From positions 96,001 through 160,000 of the forward strand of contig CAWFKH010000005.1 in the NCBI GenBank assembly GCA_963816355.1: a DNA stretch of 64,000 nt, in the 5' to 3' direction. Source of the DNA: an uncultured Gemmatimonadales bacterium (GTDB taxonomy: Bacteria > Gemmatimonadota > Gemmatimonadetes > Longimicrobiales > RSA9). Made by a program: the position numbers and the translations under genes. Below the pieces are notes generated by a model, which saw only the letters and a program-made list of their open reading frames with translations, had not been told where the DNA came from and made no database searches. How positions within the stretch are numbered: the first letter of the stretch is position 1; every line of letters starts with the position of its first letter. Shown here piece by piece: positions 49,793-60,422 of this stretch.

Positions 49793-51054
49793 GCGACTTG
49801 GGGCGCGGCGTCGAAGAGAGCGACAGGTCGAGCGAGTTCTTCCACTCGCCGAAATCCTTCTCCGCCGTGCCCCGCTGACGGTAGTGCTCGAGCCGCGCCT
49901 CGGGGCCGACTTCTTCGGGAGCTGCGTTCGTCAGCAGGAAGAAGTGGTCGAGGAAGAGGTGGCCCTGGTCTCCAGGACGCTCCTGGAGGACGAGCACGAC
50001 GCGGCGCTCGCGCGACCACGTGTTGGCTCGGTAGCGCAGCTCGTGAGTCCAGGTGCGTCCCTCCTGCGGGGGCCGTCCCGGTGGCCGGCGCAGATAGGGT
50101 TCGGCCATTCGCTTCAGGCGGCGATTACCACGGAGGCGCGCGACGTAGGTGATGTCCTCCTGCTCCAGCGTGTCGAGGAGCTTCGGCTCGGGGAAGCCGG
50201 CGTCCATGCGCAGCCACAGGCGCCGGACACTGGGGCGCAGCCGCCGCAAAGCGGGCAAGACGAAGTCGAGTCCGCCCTCGGCGGTATGGGCGCTCCCAGA
50301 GCGCAGCCGTCCGGCGAGGTAGTCGCCGCAGGCGGAGCGGAGCACGAGGGGGTGATAGCAGCGCACTCGATAATGGCCGTTATAGGCGCTGCCGGGCTGG
50401 TGTCCGTGCACGAGAAGGGGAAGAGAGTCGAGGTCCAGGGTGACTTCATCGAGTTCCTGCCTCATCAGTTTCCGCTCACCCCAACGGAGCAGGATCTCGC
50501 CCATCCCTGCCCGGTTCGCCGGGCTGGCCAACGCCTCCATGAGCCGCGAAAGGGTGGGCTGTGAGCAAAGCCCCTCCGGCGCCTCTCCATCGCTCGCGCG
50601 CAGCGGAGCGTCGCCCCGGCGCCTGGAGACTGCCAGTCGAAACACCGGGTCGCGGCGAAGCAGATCGACGTCCTCCTGGTCCGCCCAGCCGTGGGCCCTG
50701 AGCAGCAGCGCCGTGCGAAGCAGCTCGGCGAAGGGGTGGATCACCTTGGTCGGATCACGCGGATCACGCAGATGCTCCTCCAGCAGTGCACTGAGACCGC
50801 TGCGACGCATGAGTTCGCGCAGCAGCACGGCACCGGCATCGGAGCTCAGGCGCTCCGGGCGGGCCTCGACGTGGATCGAGCGGTTGAATTCCGGCTGGAA
50901 AAGCGTAAGTTTGGATTCACCCATGGCGTGTTTCTCGGCGTCCGTCCGCAAGGTGTTGTCTCGCAATTCCAACTTACGGCGGTGCCGGGGGATGCGCCAT
51001 GTGGTCTTTCCGGCAGTTCTATCCCCATTCTATCACGCTGGTGAATACCCCAGG

Positions 51055-51204
51055 ATGATCGAAGGCCTTCCAACGAAGAAGAGACCCGGCCGATGGGAGT
51101 TTGTTGGAACCGTGGCAGACGCGCCTGTGCGTAAGCGCTACCAGTGGAAATCTGTCGCTCACCTGGCGCGTGGGCAGAATCCAATCACATATGCGGGGCT
51201 GTAG
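51055..51204 (+). pseudogene. 3' remnant of a truncated gene (resembles the C-terminus of LEM-3-like GIY-YIG proteins)
   Basis: RWEFVGTVA...KRY..KSVAH...GQNPITY directly after the IS1380 end. Confidence 0.45.
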
Positions 51205-51553
51205 TGGCACGGCTCAGCCTCGGATGACATCGGGCTCACGCGGAGGCTCCGACGCTTGAAAGGTTGGGTCATGACCGAAAGTCGACGAGTACTCCGCGGG
51301 GGTGCGGAGCGCACCGACTCCGTCCGGGGCACCCCCACAGCGAAACGACCGCCGGAGTGACTTCCTCCGACGGCCGTTCGCCAGACCGCAGCGCTCTCCC
51401 CGTTGTTATTCCCGTTCACTGCGGCTGTACCCTCGCCCGTTCTCTCTAGCACGGTCGGGACCACTCCGGGCCTGCACACAGTAAACCGCGTCGTTACAAC
51501 GTCTTACGGCGTTCCACAGGCTCCGGCGGGTGCGCCGGATGCGACTACAAATT

Positions 51554-53127
51554 TCACGGATCGAGACGTTTTTCTGACGGCTGCGTCCCGCCGGTCGTCG
51601 AGCCGGCGCCCGCGTGGGAGCTGACCGCGGCGGCATCGCCCGCGTGGGAGCCGCCCGCGTTGGCATCGCCCGCGGGGGAGCCGTCCGCGTGGGCACCGCC
51701 CGGGTGGGAGCCGTCCGCGTGGGCACCACCCGCGGGGGAGCCCTCCGTGCGCGCTCCGGCGGCGGAGTCCGCGGGAGCGGCGAGCGGCGGCCGGGCGCGG
51801 TACTTCTCGTAGAGCTGGAGGTGCTTGTTCATGGTGCTGACCTCGCGGCCCATCGATGACGAGGTGGAGGATGTGCGTCTGGATCTCGAGGGGATCGCCG
51901 TCGGTGACGATGAGGTTGGCGATCTTGCCGGTCTCGATGGTGCCGAGGCGGTCGCCGACGCCGAGGATGTCGGCGGGTGCGGCGGTGACGGCGCGCAGGG
52001 CCGCGTCGCGGGACAGGCCATAGGGGATGGCGGTGGCGGCCTCGTAGGGGAGGGTCCGCGAGTCGGAGGAGTTGAAGGTGGCGAAGGCGATCTGGACGCC
52101 GGCGGCGGCGAGCTTGCCGGGGTTGGCGTACTCCTCGTCGTAGGGGCGGTCGACGCCGGTGGGCAGCGACTGCGTGGGCCCGAGGATGACGGGGATGTGC
52201 TTCGCGGCGAGGAGGTCGGCGACGCGGTAGGCCTCGCTGCCGCCGCCGATGATGAGGCGGATGTTCTGCCGTTCGGCGAAGGCGACGACGTCGCGGATGT
52301 CGCGTTCGGACTCGACGCGGGCGAGCACGGGGAGTTTGCGCTGGACGACGCGGGCGAGCGCCTCGAGCCGGAGGTCGCGCGGGATGCTGGCGCCGGCGTC
52401 GACGGAGCGGGCGTAGTCGCGGGCGGCGTCGAGCCATTCGGCGAGCTGGTGGACCTGCTTGTCGTGCTCCTCCTTCGCTTCCCGGTAGGAGCGCGGCTGG
52501 CCGCCGCCGAAGAAGCCGAAGCCGCGGGGGCGGGTGCGGATGGAGGGCCAGCTCATGACCATGGCGGCGGAGGGCAGGACGTCCATCTGCTCGATCGTCC
52601 AGCCGTCGAGGTCGATGATCGAGCCCTGGCCGGCGAAGCCCGCGTCACCGCCGCCGCGGCCGCCGAGCGGGATCGTCATGGTGTGGGTGATGCCGTTGGC
52701 GCGGGCGACGGGGATGTGCTCGCTGGCGGGGTGGACGGCGGTGCGCGCCTGGATCTGCGGTGTGTAGTCGCCGAGCTCGTCGATGTCGTTGGTCACGTCG
52801 ACGGCGCCGATCTCGGTGAGGCCGAGCTGGGTGGCGGCGTCGAAGAGGCCGGGGTAGACGTGCAGTCCGGTCGCGTCGATCACCTGCGCGTCGGAGGGTT
52901 CCGGGACGGACGGCGCCGACGGCGGCGATGCGGCCGTCGCGTACGACGACGGTGCCGACGAACGGCGCGGCGGAGACCGGGTGCACGGTGCCGCCGCGGA
53001 TGACGAGCGCCTGCTGCGCGGCGGCGTGCGGGGGCGCGGCCGCTGCGGCGAGGATGGCCGCGAGCGCGAGGGCCGCGGTGGCCGCGAACGCGCGCGCGGC
53101 GCCGCCGAAGCTTCTGCTGCCGATCAT
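51554..53127 (-). CDS. Amidohydrolase-family protein, exported; two apparent frameshifts (about 52900 and 51850)
   Basis: Signal peptide, IRGGTVH, IDATGLHVYPGLFD, LGTIETGKIANLIV; coding continuity switches frame twice. Confidence 0.75.
51610..51760. repeat. 30-bp tandem repeat (about 5 units) in the amidohydrolase C-terminal tail
   Basis: Units like CGCGTGGGAGCCGTCCGCGTGGGCACCGCC, encoding GS(H/P)xG(G/D)AxAx on the minus strand. Confidence 0.85.
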
Positions 53128-55943
53128 CGCTGCACCTCCGGATTCGGCGTCGTCGCCTGTTGGGTGGTCACCGGCGCCCGCCGGGCGGCGGGTCCGAACT
53201 TCTCGAGGAGCGCGGCCTTCTCGCGCTCGATCGCCGCCGTGCGCTCGCGGTCCAGGTCGCGGTCGAAGTAGAGCTTGCCGTCGATGAACGTCTTCTGGAC
53301 GCGGCCGTCGACGGTGAGCGGGTCGCCGTCGAAGAGCGCGAGGTCGGCGTCCTTGCCGACCTCGATGGAGCCGACGCGGTCGGCGATGCCGAGCTGCATG
53401 GCGGGGTTGATGGTGACCAGCTTGAGCGCCTCGTTCTCGGAGAGGCCGCCCCACTTCATCGTCTTGCCCGCCTCCTGGTTGAGATGGCGCATCTCCTCCG
53501 GGTCGTCCGAGTTGATGGAGACGACGACGCCGTGCCGCGTCATGAGGGCGGCGTTGTAGGGGATCGCGTCGTAGGCCTCGACCTTGTAGGCCCACCAGTC
53601 GGAGAAGGTGGAGGCGCCGGCGCCGTGGCGCGCGAGCTCGTCGGCGACCTTGTAGCCCTCGAGGACGTGCTGGAAGGTGGCGATGCGGACGCCGAACTCC
53701 TCCGCGGTGCGCATGAGCTGCAGGATCTCGTCGGCGCGATAGGAGTGCGCGTGCACGAGCCGCTCACCGGAGAGCACCTGCGCCAGCTTCTCGAGTTTCA
53801 GGTCGCGCCGCGGCGGGATCGCGTCGCGGTCCTCTTTCGCCCGCGCGCGGTAGGCGTCCCACTCCTTCTGATAGGCGCGGGCGTCGATGAACGCCTGCCG
53901 GATCACGTCCTGCACGCCCATGCGCGTGGCAGGGTAGCGGTCCGGGTTGCGGTCGCGCTTGACGTTCTCGCCGAGGGCGAACTTGATTCCGGGCGGCGCG
54001 CCCTGGAGCAGGAGGTCGTCGGCGTCGGCGCCCCAGCGCAGCTTGATGACGGCGTTGCCGCCGCCGATCGGGTTCGCGCTGCCGTGCAGCACGTTGATCG
54101 TCGTGACGCCGCCGGCGAGGGCGCGGTAGATCGCGACGTCGCTCGGGTCGAGCACGTCCTTGATGCCGACCATCGCGCTCACGTTGATGCTGCCCTCGTT
54201 CACCGCGTCGGTGGCGATGTGCGAGTGGCAGTCGATGATGCCGGGCGTCAGGTAGAGTCCGGTGGCGTCGATCACGTGCGCGCCGTTCGGCGCCGCGATC
54301 CCCTTCCCGACCTCCGCGATCCTGCCGTTGCGGATCAGCACGTCCGCGCCCTGCAGCGTCCCCTTCGTGACGGTCATGACGGTGGCGTTGCGGATCAGGG
54401 TGACGGCGTCCTCGCGGTACGGCCCGCGGTCGGCGGCCATCGGCACGAGCGTGCCGGGCCCGGCGGCGGGCGCGGGCGCCGCCGAATCGGCCGGCGCGCC
54501 CGCTGGCTCGGCGCGGCGCGCGCCGTCGGCGCCGGCATCGGGCGCCGAGCCGCGGGCGCCGCCGCGCGCGAGCGTCTCGGCGTGGAAGACGTCGTACGGA
54601 TGCCCGTCGACGACGACCTTCTCGATCTTCGCCTGCGGATCGAGCAGGTCGCCACGGACGACGACCAGGTTGGCGATCTTGCCGGCGTCGATGCTGCCCA
54701 TGCGGTCCTCGAGCCCGAGGATCTGCGCCGGTGCCAGCGTGAGCGCCCGGATCGCGGCGTCTTCCGGCAGCCCGGCGTCGACGGCGCGCTTCACCCTGGC
54801 GCGGGCCTGGCCCGGGTCATCGAGGCCGCCGGTGTAGAACGCGAAGCGCACGCCCGCCTTCTGCAGCGCGGCCGGGGTGGTGGGCGCGCGCTCGTAGAGG
54901 CGGAGCTGGGACAGCGCGGGCTCGTCGGCCGGATCGGCATCGCGCGAGGGCTCCGGCCAGTCCAGGTCGACGAGGACCGGCGCGCCGGCCGCCTTCAGCA
55001 CGTCGGCCGCGTCGTAGGCGGCCTGCGCGCCGTAGACGACGAGCGGCTCGCCGATGACCTTCGCGGTCTTGATCGCGCGCTCCACCTCCTTGCGGTCGGC
55101 GGCGGGGAAGAGCACGGGCTGCGGCGCTCGCAGCGGCTCCAGCGCGCGGTCGTACTCGGGACGCGCCCGGCCGCGCGGGCTGCGGTCGTACGCCTGCCAC
55201 ACGCGGTCGTAGTGCTGCGCGTCCAGGTAGAGCTGCTTGATGTAGGCGAAGACGCCCATCAGCGAGTTCGGGTAGCCGGGGAAGCCGCGTGCGTCGAGGT
55301 TGATGCGCTGGACGACGTCCGGCTTCACGACCATGTCGCCGCCGCGCTCGCCGGACAGGTCGACGACCGCGCCCGCGCCGGGAAAGATGCCGCGCGAGCG
55401 CGTGCTGAGCGCCGAGGTGTAGCCGGCGTCGCGCCACTTCGCGATGCGGCCGTCGGTCGGGTCGAGCTCGTCGGCGCCGCTCAGCCACGTGAACGTCGCC
55501 GGCCGGTCCTCCGGCCCCCACGAGTAGGGGATCTCAGGCGACGACGCGCCGGCGCCTCCACCGCCGCCGGGGCCGCGCGCGGCGGGCGCGGCGGGGCGTG
55601 GCTCCGCGTGGCCGAGCGTCGTCAGGGGATCGATCAGCCCGGGGTACACCGTGAGCCCGGTGCCGTCGATCACCCACGCGTCCTTCGGCACGGCCGCGTC
55701 GGCGCCCACCGCCTCGATGATGCCGTCCCGCACGACCACGGTCCCGCTCTCCAGCGTGGGGCCGGAGACGCGCACCACACGGGCGTGCGTGATCGCGAAG
55801 TGGCCGGGGATCGTCGGCTCGGTGGGCTGCGTCTGCGCCGCCGCCGGAGCGACCGCCGGGAGCAGCGCGACTGCGGCGCCTGCGACGAGACGCGTCCATG
55901 CACGGGGCCACGACCCCGCGCCTCCTCGTGGGGAGCGCAACAC
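53124..55943 (-). CDS. Two-domain amidohydrolase family protein, exported
   Basis: Two amidohydrolase repeats; the second has PGIIDCHSH, HAHSY, FQHVLE, SINSD, GSIEVGKDADL. Confidence 0.88.
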   Translation of the reverse strand: MLRSPRGGAGSWPRAWTRLVAGAAVALLPAVAPAAAQTQPTEPTIPGHFAITHARVVRVSGPTLESGTVVVRDGIIEAVGADAAVPKDAWVIDGTGLTVYPGLIDPLTTLGHAEPRPAAPAARGPGGGGGAGASSPEIPYSWGPEDRPATFTWLSGADELDPTDGRIAKWRDAGYTSALSTRSRGIFPGAGAVVDLSGERGGDMVVKPDVVQRINLDARGFPGYPNSLMGVFAYIKQLYLDAQHYDRVWQAYDRSPRGRARPEYDRALEPLRAPQPVLFPAADRKEVERAIKTAKVIGEPLVVYGAQAAYDAADVLKAAGAPVLVDLDWPEPSRDADPADEPALSQLRLYERAPTTPAALQKAGVRFAFYTGGLDDPGQARARVKRAVDAGLPEDAAIRALTLAPAQILGLEDRMGSIDAGKIANLVVVRGDLLDPQAKIEKVVVDGHPYDVFHAETLARGGARGSAPDAGADGARRAEPAGAPADSAAPAPAAGPGTLVPMAADRGPYREDAVTLIRNATVMTVTKGTLQGADVLIRNGRIAEVGKGIAAPNGAHVIDATGLYLTPGIIDCHSHIATDAVNEGSINVSAMVGIKDVLDPSDVAIYRALAGGVTTINVLHGSANPIGGGNAVIKLRWGADADDLLLQGAPPGIKFALGENVKRDRNPDRYPATRMGVQDVIRQAFIDARAYQKEWDAYRARAKEDRDAIPPRRDLKLEKLAQVLSGERLVHAHSYRADEILQLMRTAEEFGVRIATFQHVLEGYKVADELARHGAGASTFSDWWAYKVEAYDAIPYNAALMTRHGVVVSINSDDPEEMRHLNQEAGKTMKWGGLSENEALKLVTINPAMQLGIADRVGSIEVGKDADLALFDGDPLTVDGRVQKTFIDGKLYFDRDLDRERTAAIEREKAALLEKFGPAARRAPVTTQQATTPNPEVQR

Positions 55944-56472
55944 GGGTCCTCCTTTGTTCCACGGACAGAGTGCGAAGAGAGCGCGGCGGTCACGGTGGGT
56001 TGCCGCGGGGAGTCATTATACGGAGGGAGGGCGCCGCGGCTCAAGGCGGAGCGGCGAGGGCCGCGGCGTCGGCAGCACGGAGAGCGCGGCAGGCGAAGGT
56101 CGCGCCGGTGCGATCGTACAGCCCGGCGTCGGTGATCAGGGTCGCGGCGGTGTGCACACTCAGAACCTGTTTCGCGCGGAGGGCGCGGAGGCCGCGGAGG
56201 GGCACCTGCGCGCCGCAGGTCGATGCGGAGCAACCATTCTTCTCTGTTGGTGGTTGCTCGCTTCGTAGCGTGCTCGACGCAGCGAAGCCACAAAGAAATG
56301 AGGCGGTTCTCCGGCGAAACGGCCTCGGCACCGCCGCGAAGCCAAGATCGCCACGCCGCCAGGCCCGCCGCGCCGCGAGCCACCACCGTCCGCGCCGGCG
56401 CCGTTGTCCACGCGCGGCGGAGCGGCTATATCGCGAGGCGCCTTCGTACCCCGCACCCGGGCTTCAGCCATG

Positions 56473-56509
56473 AAAAAGAACGCGCCGGATCCAGGATCGG
56501 ATCCGGCGC
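56473..56509 (-). terminator. Rho-independent terminator
   Basis: CGCGCCGGATCC-loop-GGATCCGGCGCG followed by TTCTTTTT on the minus strand. Confidence 0.75.
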
Positions 56510-56539
56510 GCCCGTTCCGCACGGGGAGAGCGGCTCGCC

Positions 56540-56755
56540 TTACATCGAGCTCGTGTCGGGCGCCATGCCGGTGTCGCCCATCATCGTGTCCGCGCCCATC
56601 ATGCCCGTATCAGTGGCCATCGGTGCGGGCGCCGGGGCAGGTTGGACGTTCTCCTCGACCGGCGGGGCTTCCTCGGACTCCTGCTTCTGACTGCACGCAG
56701 CCGCAGATAGTCCAATGAACGAAACCGCCAGCATCATGAGCACCGAGCGCTTCAT
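56540..56755 (-). CDS. Small lipoprotein with Met/Asp/Thr-rich tail
   Basis: MKRSVLMMLAVSFIGLSAAAC lipobox; GGAGG RBS; terminator downstream. Confidence 0.8.
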   Translation of the reverse strand: MKRSVLMMLAVSFIGLSAAACSQKQESEEAPPVEENVQPAPAPAPMATDTGMMGADTMMGDTGMAPDTSSM

Positions 56756-57034
56756 GTTCATCCTCCGATGAGGGTCGCTTGGGTTCCCGCGCCGTGTCGG
56801 CGCGCGACGGCCGGCTGCCAACGGTGAACGCTGGACAACGCGAAATGCCATGAACGGCCGCACCGGGCGTGGAGTATGCAAGGCTCGGACCCCCGTGTCA
56901 AGAAGATCACGACCCCGCCCCGCCCCCCGCGCTGCGCCCGGATACGAGCGGATTCGCACCCGTGCCCGCGCGCGCGCAGGGCACGCGAATTGCGCCTGAG
57001 GTACCGCCGACAAGCGCCCCGCGGAGAGTCGTGC

Positions 57035-57613
57035 ATGCGAATGCTGATCGTCCTGTCGTGTCTGTTCCTGATCGCCGGCATCCCGTTCGTCGTCGTCGCC
57101 CTGGTCCGCTTGCGCCGCCTTCCCTCGGGACCGTTCTGCCCCGCGTGCCTCGGAGAGACGCTCTGGCTGCGCGGACCCCTTCTGCGCCACCGCCGCCTGC
57201 GTCGGCTGCCGCCGCTGCAGCGGCGCTGGTGCCCCGCCTGCGGCTGGGAGGGTCTCGCCCGCCCGCACCCGGCCGCGGCGCCGCCGGCGCCCGTTCTTCC
57301 GCATGGATCCCACGACGACGACGAGGCGCCGCCGGTCGCTGCGCCCGGGCAGGTCGCTCCCGCCGACGCCGGCATGAACGTCGAGCTGCGCGAGGTGACG
57401 ACGAACGGCGAGGCGTTCCGGGCGCTGCTGCGGTGCCGAGCCGAGGGCCGCGCCTGGCACGGCCGCCTGGTGTTCGTCGACCGAACCGGCACGGCGCGGG
57501 CGGAGCGAGTCGAAGCATTCCACGGGGCGAGCATCGGCGACCTGCTGGCGCAGGCCCTGGCGCTGCCGGAGCACTCGCTGGCGAGGCGGCTGCGGCGGGC
57601 GCTTCCGCGCTAG
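57035..57613 (+). CDS. Hypothetical membrane-anchored zinc-ribbon protein
   Basis: N-terminal TM, two CPAC motifs. Confidence 0.65.
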   Translation: MRMLIVLSCLFLIAGIPFVVVALVRLRRLPSGPFCPACLGETLWLRGPLLRHRRLRRLPPLQRRWCPACGWEGLARPHPAAAPPAPVLPHGSHDDDEAPPVAAPGQVAPADAGMNVELREVTTNGEAFRALLRCRAEGRAWHGRLVFVDRTGTARAERVEAFHGASIGDLLAQALALPEHSLARRLRRALPR

Positions 57614-58152
57614 TGGGCGGGCCGGTCGTCGGGCGTCGTGCCGTCCCCGCCGTCCTCGTCGAGGCGGTCGAGAGCGTCCTTCAGGATGCGACGGCGGGCG
57701 GCGTAGCGCAGGCGGGACAGGGCCACCTCGGGCTCGAACCAGCCGAAGTCGGACGCCTCCGCCTCCGAGATCGAGACGTCCGCTCGGTCGGTCCGCGCGA
57801 GGAAGTAGACGACCTCCTTGTGGACCACGATACGGTCCGCCTCGGCCTCCACCGTGAACCGGTAGCGTTCCGAGCGCTCGAAACCGTCGACCGGGCGGAC
57901 ATCGGCCCGGGTGAGGCCGGTCTCCTCGCGCAGCTCGCGGTAGGCGGCCTCGATCGCGGTCTCGTCGCCGTCGATGCCGCCTTTCGGGAACTCCCAGAGC
58001 GGCCGCCGCGTCCGCGTCGAGCGAAGCAGCAGGACGCGCACACCGCCAGGGGCAACGCGGAGCACCACCACGCCCGCGGCACGGTCGTGGCGGACCGCCC
58101 GCGACGAACGGGGCGCCGAGCCACTCGGGCCCGAGCCGTCGCGGCGCTTCAC
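57610..58152 (-). CDS. NUDIX hydrolase (Ap4A hydrolase-like)
   Basis: WEFPKGGIDGDETAIEAAYRELREETGL Nudix box. Confidence 0.9.
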   Translation of the reverse strand: MKRRDGSGPSGSAPRSSRAVRHDRAAGVVVLRVAPGGVRVLLLRSTRTRRPLWEFPKGGIDGDETAIEAAYRELREETGLTRADVRPVDGFERSERYRFTVEAEADRIVVHKEVVYFLARTDRADVSISEAEASDFGWFEPEVALSRLRYAARRRILKDALDRLDEDGGDGTTPDDRPAH

Positions 58153-58181
58153 CCGATCCCGTCCTTTCGCATCGTGCAACG

Positions 58182-59156
58182 ATGACCCCTCTGATCTACG
58201 GCCCCGGTCCCGGTGACCCGGCAACGCTCCACGCCGTCCGCGACCTCGCCGGACTGCCGGTCGACGACGTCGCCGAGCGGCCCGTCGGCGAAGTGTACGG
58301 GCTTCTGATCGAGGAGGGGAGCGGCCTCATCCGCTACCTCGACATCGCGGAACGGGCACAGGAGAGGCACGTTCTCGCGCCGATCGGCCACACTCGCCTC
58401 GAGGACCACGCGGACGGCACGCGCGTACGGCTGCGCGCCGCCATGCGCGAGGACCTCGCCGAGATCCCGGCCTACGATCGCACCGACCCGCGCCTCGACG
58501 AGGCGTACGAAAGCGTGGTCCTCGCGGCCTACAGCGCGCTCTTCTACGGCGAGCGCTATTACGCGCACCCGGCCTACGACCATCACGCGCTTTACGCCGG
58601 GCTCCACCCGGTCGTGGCCGCGCGGACCGACGGTGGGAGCCGCCTCGTCGCGCTCTCGACGCTCGTCCCGCCCGCGGCCGCCGCGGCGGCGGAGGCGGAC
58701 GCCGCGACCGCGCATGACGACGCCGCAGCCGCGGTCGGGCCCGCCGCCTCGGTCCTCGGGGCGGAGGTGCGTGCGGCCGACGGCGTCCACGCAGGCCGCG
58801 TCGTCGACCTCCTCGTGCAACGCGATACCGGCCTTCCGCGCTACGGCGTGGTCGAACGAGAGGACGCCACCCGCGTGCCGATCCCGATCGGCTATCTCAC
58901 GCGCGCGCCCGCCGGAGCCGGCGGCGCGCCCGGCGGCGAGGCGCAGGCGGCCCCGCGGGCGGCGTCCCGCGAGCGCGTCCGGCTGCAGGGGCTGCGCGCG
59001 GCGGAGCTGGCGTCGTTTCCGGTGATGGAGCCGGGCGCCACGCTCGACCGCGACGGGGAGGATGCGTTGCGAGCGGCGCTCGAGCGGGCGCTCAGCGGAG
59101 AGCGCCGATTCGACCGGATCGACTTCGCCAGCGCCGCGACGCCTCAGATGAGGTAG
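58182..59156 (+). CDS. PRC-barrel domain protein (two barrels)
   Basis: LAGLPV..VGEV..LLIE..IRYL and LGAEV..GRVVDLLV..RYGVV..PIPIG. Confidence 0.75.
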   Translation: MTPLIYGPGPGDPATLHAVRDLAGLPVDDVAERPVGEVYGLLIEEGSGLIRYLDIAERAQERHVLAPIGHTRLEDHADGTRVRLRAAMREDLAEIPAYDRTDPRLDEAYESVVLAAYSALFYGERYYAHPAYDHHALYAGLHPVVAARTDGGSRLVALSTLVPPAAAAAAEADAATAHDDAAAAVGPAASVLGAEVRAADGVHAGRVVDLLVQRDTGLPRYGVVEREDATRVPIPIGYLTRAPAGAGGAPGGEAQAAPRAASRERVRLQGLRAAELASFPVMEPGATLDRDGEDALRAALERALSGERRFDRIDFASAATPQMR

Positions 59157-59839
59157 GCGGAGAGGCCGGGCGTTGTCTCCCACGCGTCGAACAGTTCCGC
59201 CGCCTCGACGCCCCACTGGGTGCCCGCCTTCTTCAGTCGCTCCTCGAGCCATTCGTCCTCCGGCCAGCCGATGCGCTCGCGGTAGAACGTCGCCACGGCA
59301 CGGATGCGGTCGAGCGCGCCGGTCACGTCGATCGCGGCGACGGGCATCGTCGAGAGACCGTCTCGAAGCGTGTAGATCGGCGAGTCGGCGCGGTGCGGCT
59401 CGAGCGGCGCGACCACGCGCCCGATGCGGGCGAGCGTCACTGCGTCGCGCACGATCTTGCCGGTCGCCTGGTGGTCCGGATGCCGCATGCCGCGGCCCCA
59501 CGCGTCCCCCCACGTCAGCACCGTGTCCGGCTTCACGTCGGCGACCACTCGCGCGACGTCCGCCGCCGCTTCCGGCGTGGCGGTGACGGCGGTGTCCGGG
59601 AAGTCCAGGAAGCGCGGCTCCGCCCCGAGGATGCGCGCCGACTCGCGGCCGTGCTCGGTGCGGATGCGCGCGACGTCCTCCGGCTCGTGCGCCGCCAGCA
59701 CCTGCGTCATCGTGCCGCGCGTGAGCCAGAGCAGGACGACGCGGTCCCCGCGGTCCGTATGAGTGGCGATCGTGCCGGCGCATCCGATCTCGTCGTCGGG
59801 ATGCGCCAGGGCGACCAGAACCGTCTTCATCGATGACAC
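59144..59839 (-). CDS. PIG-L/LmbE family deacetylase
   Basis: AHPDDE and HPDH motifs. Confidence 0.92.
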   Translation of the reverse strand: MSSMKTVLVALAHPDDEIGCAGTIATHTDRGDRVVLLWLTRGTMTQVLAAHEPEDVARIRTEHGRESARILGAEPRFLDFPDTAVTATPEAAADVARVVADVKPDTVLTWGDAWGRGMRHPDHQATGKIVRDAVTLARIGRVVAPLEPHRADSPIYTLRDGLSTMPVAAIDVTGALDRIRAVATFYRERIGWPEDEWLEERLKKAGTQWGVEAAELFDAWETTPGLSAYLI

Positions 59840-59941
59840 GCTTCACCTTCCCCACCACGGCCGGCCGCGAGCGAGCGGCGGCGCCGGTGCGGTCACGGGT
59901 CGTTTGACAGCGTCGTGCGGTGCCGGCATCTTCGCGCCCTC

Positions 59942-60346
59942 ATGGAACTGATTCTCTCCGCCATCTGCGAGCAGGCGCGCGTGCGCCCCGACGGCAGGCT
60001 CGACCTCTCCGGCGTCTTCAGCCAACTGCAGGCGCCGGGCTTCCCCGCCGCCCAGGACGCGATGACCGCGGTCTTCCTCGTCGAATGGTCCGACGACGAA
60101 GCGGGGCGACAGCCGCTGCGCGCCGACCTCCTCGACGAAGAGGGAGAAACGGTCCTCACCATCGAGGGCCACACCGACGTGAAGGCGGCGCCGTCCGGCC
60201 ACGCGCCGCCGCAGACGCGGCTCGTGATGCCGCTCGAGCGCGTCGTGTTCCCACACCCGGGAACGTATCACTTCCGTCTTGCGGGAGGCTCGACGAGCCG
60301 GCGCGGCTGCTCGATCCACGTGGCGCAGCACGCGGGAGCGGAGTGA
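59942..60346 (+). CDS. Hypothetical protein (DUF6941-like)
   Basis: ICEQA..DGRLDLSGVF...FPHPGTY. Confidence 0.65.
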   Translation: MELILSAICEQARVRPDGRLDLSGVFSQLQAPGFPAAQDAMTAVFLVEWSDDEAGRQPLRADLLDEEGETVLTIEGHTDVKAAPSGHAPPQTRLVMPLERVVFPHPGTYHFRLAGGSTSRRGCSIHVAQHAGAE

Positions 60347-60422
60347 CGGACCCAGCCTCCGGCATGCGGGTATGAGGTGCGCCACGGTTTCACCGTGCCG
60401 GCGACCCCGATGGAGGCGAAGC

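Larger units (their letters stand above)
48017..50924 (-). pseudogene. IS1380 transposase split by IS256
   Basis: N-part LSSDAG...LRMDAGF...PRPKS; C-part HYQGR...ARGSP, homologous to copy a. Confidence 0.88.
47852..51054 (-). mobile_element. IS1380 family element (copy b), interrupted by IS256
   Basis: IRs CCTCGATTATTCAC / GTGAATACCCCAGG; transposase halves flank IS256-b. Confidence 0.85.

Noticed and set aside
36852..51059. Both IS1380 copies are flanked by AG|AT, suggesting a target preference
   Set aside because: Only two cases, and copy b probably has a deleted flank, so coincidence cannot be excluded
51300..51580. Relatively AT-rich intergenic stretch with TTCCACA as a possible oriC/dif or ncRNA
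   Set aside because: No full DnaA boxes, dif consensus, attC or convincing fold
51610..51760. 30-bp periodic repeats as a possible CRISPR array
   Set aside because: Contiguous tandem units without spacers, in frame within a protein tail
51850..52910. Frameshifts in the amidohydrolase (and in IS256/istA) as programmed frameshifting
   Set aside because: No clear slippery sites; scattered single-base indels are better explained by sequencing error or decay
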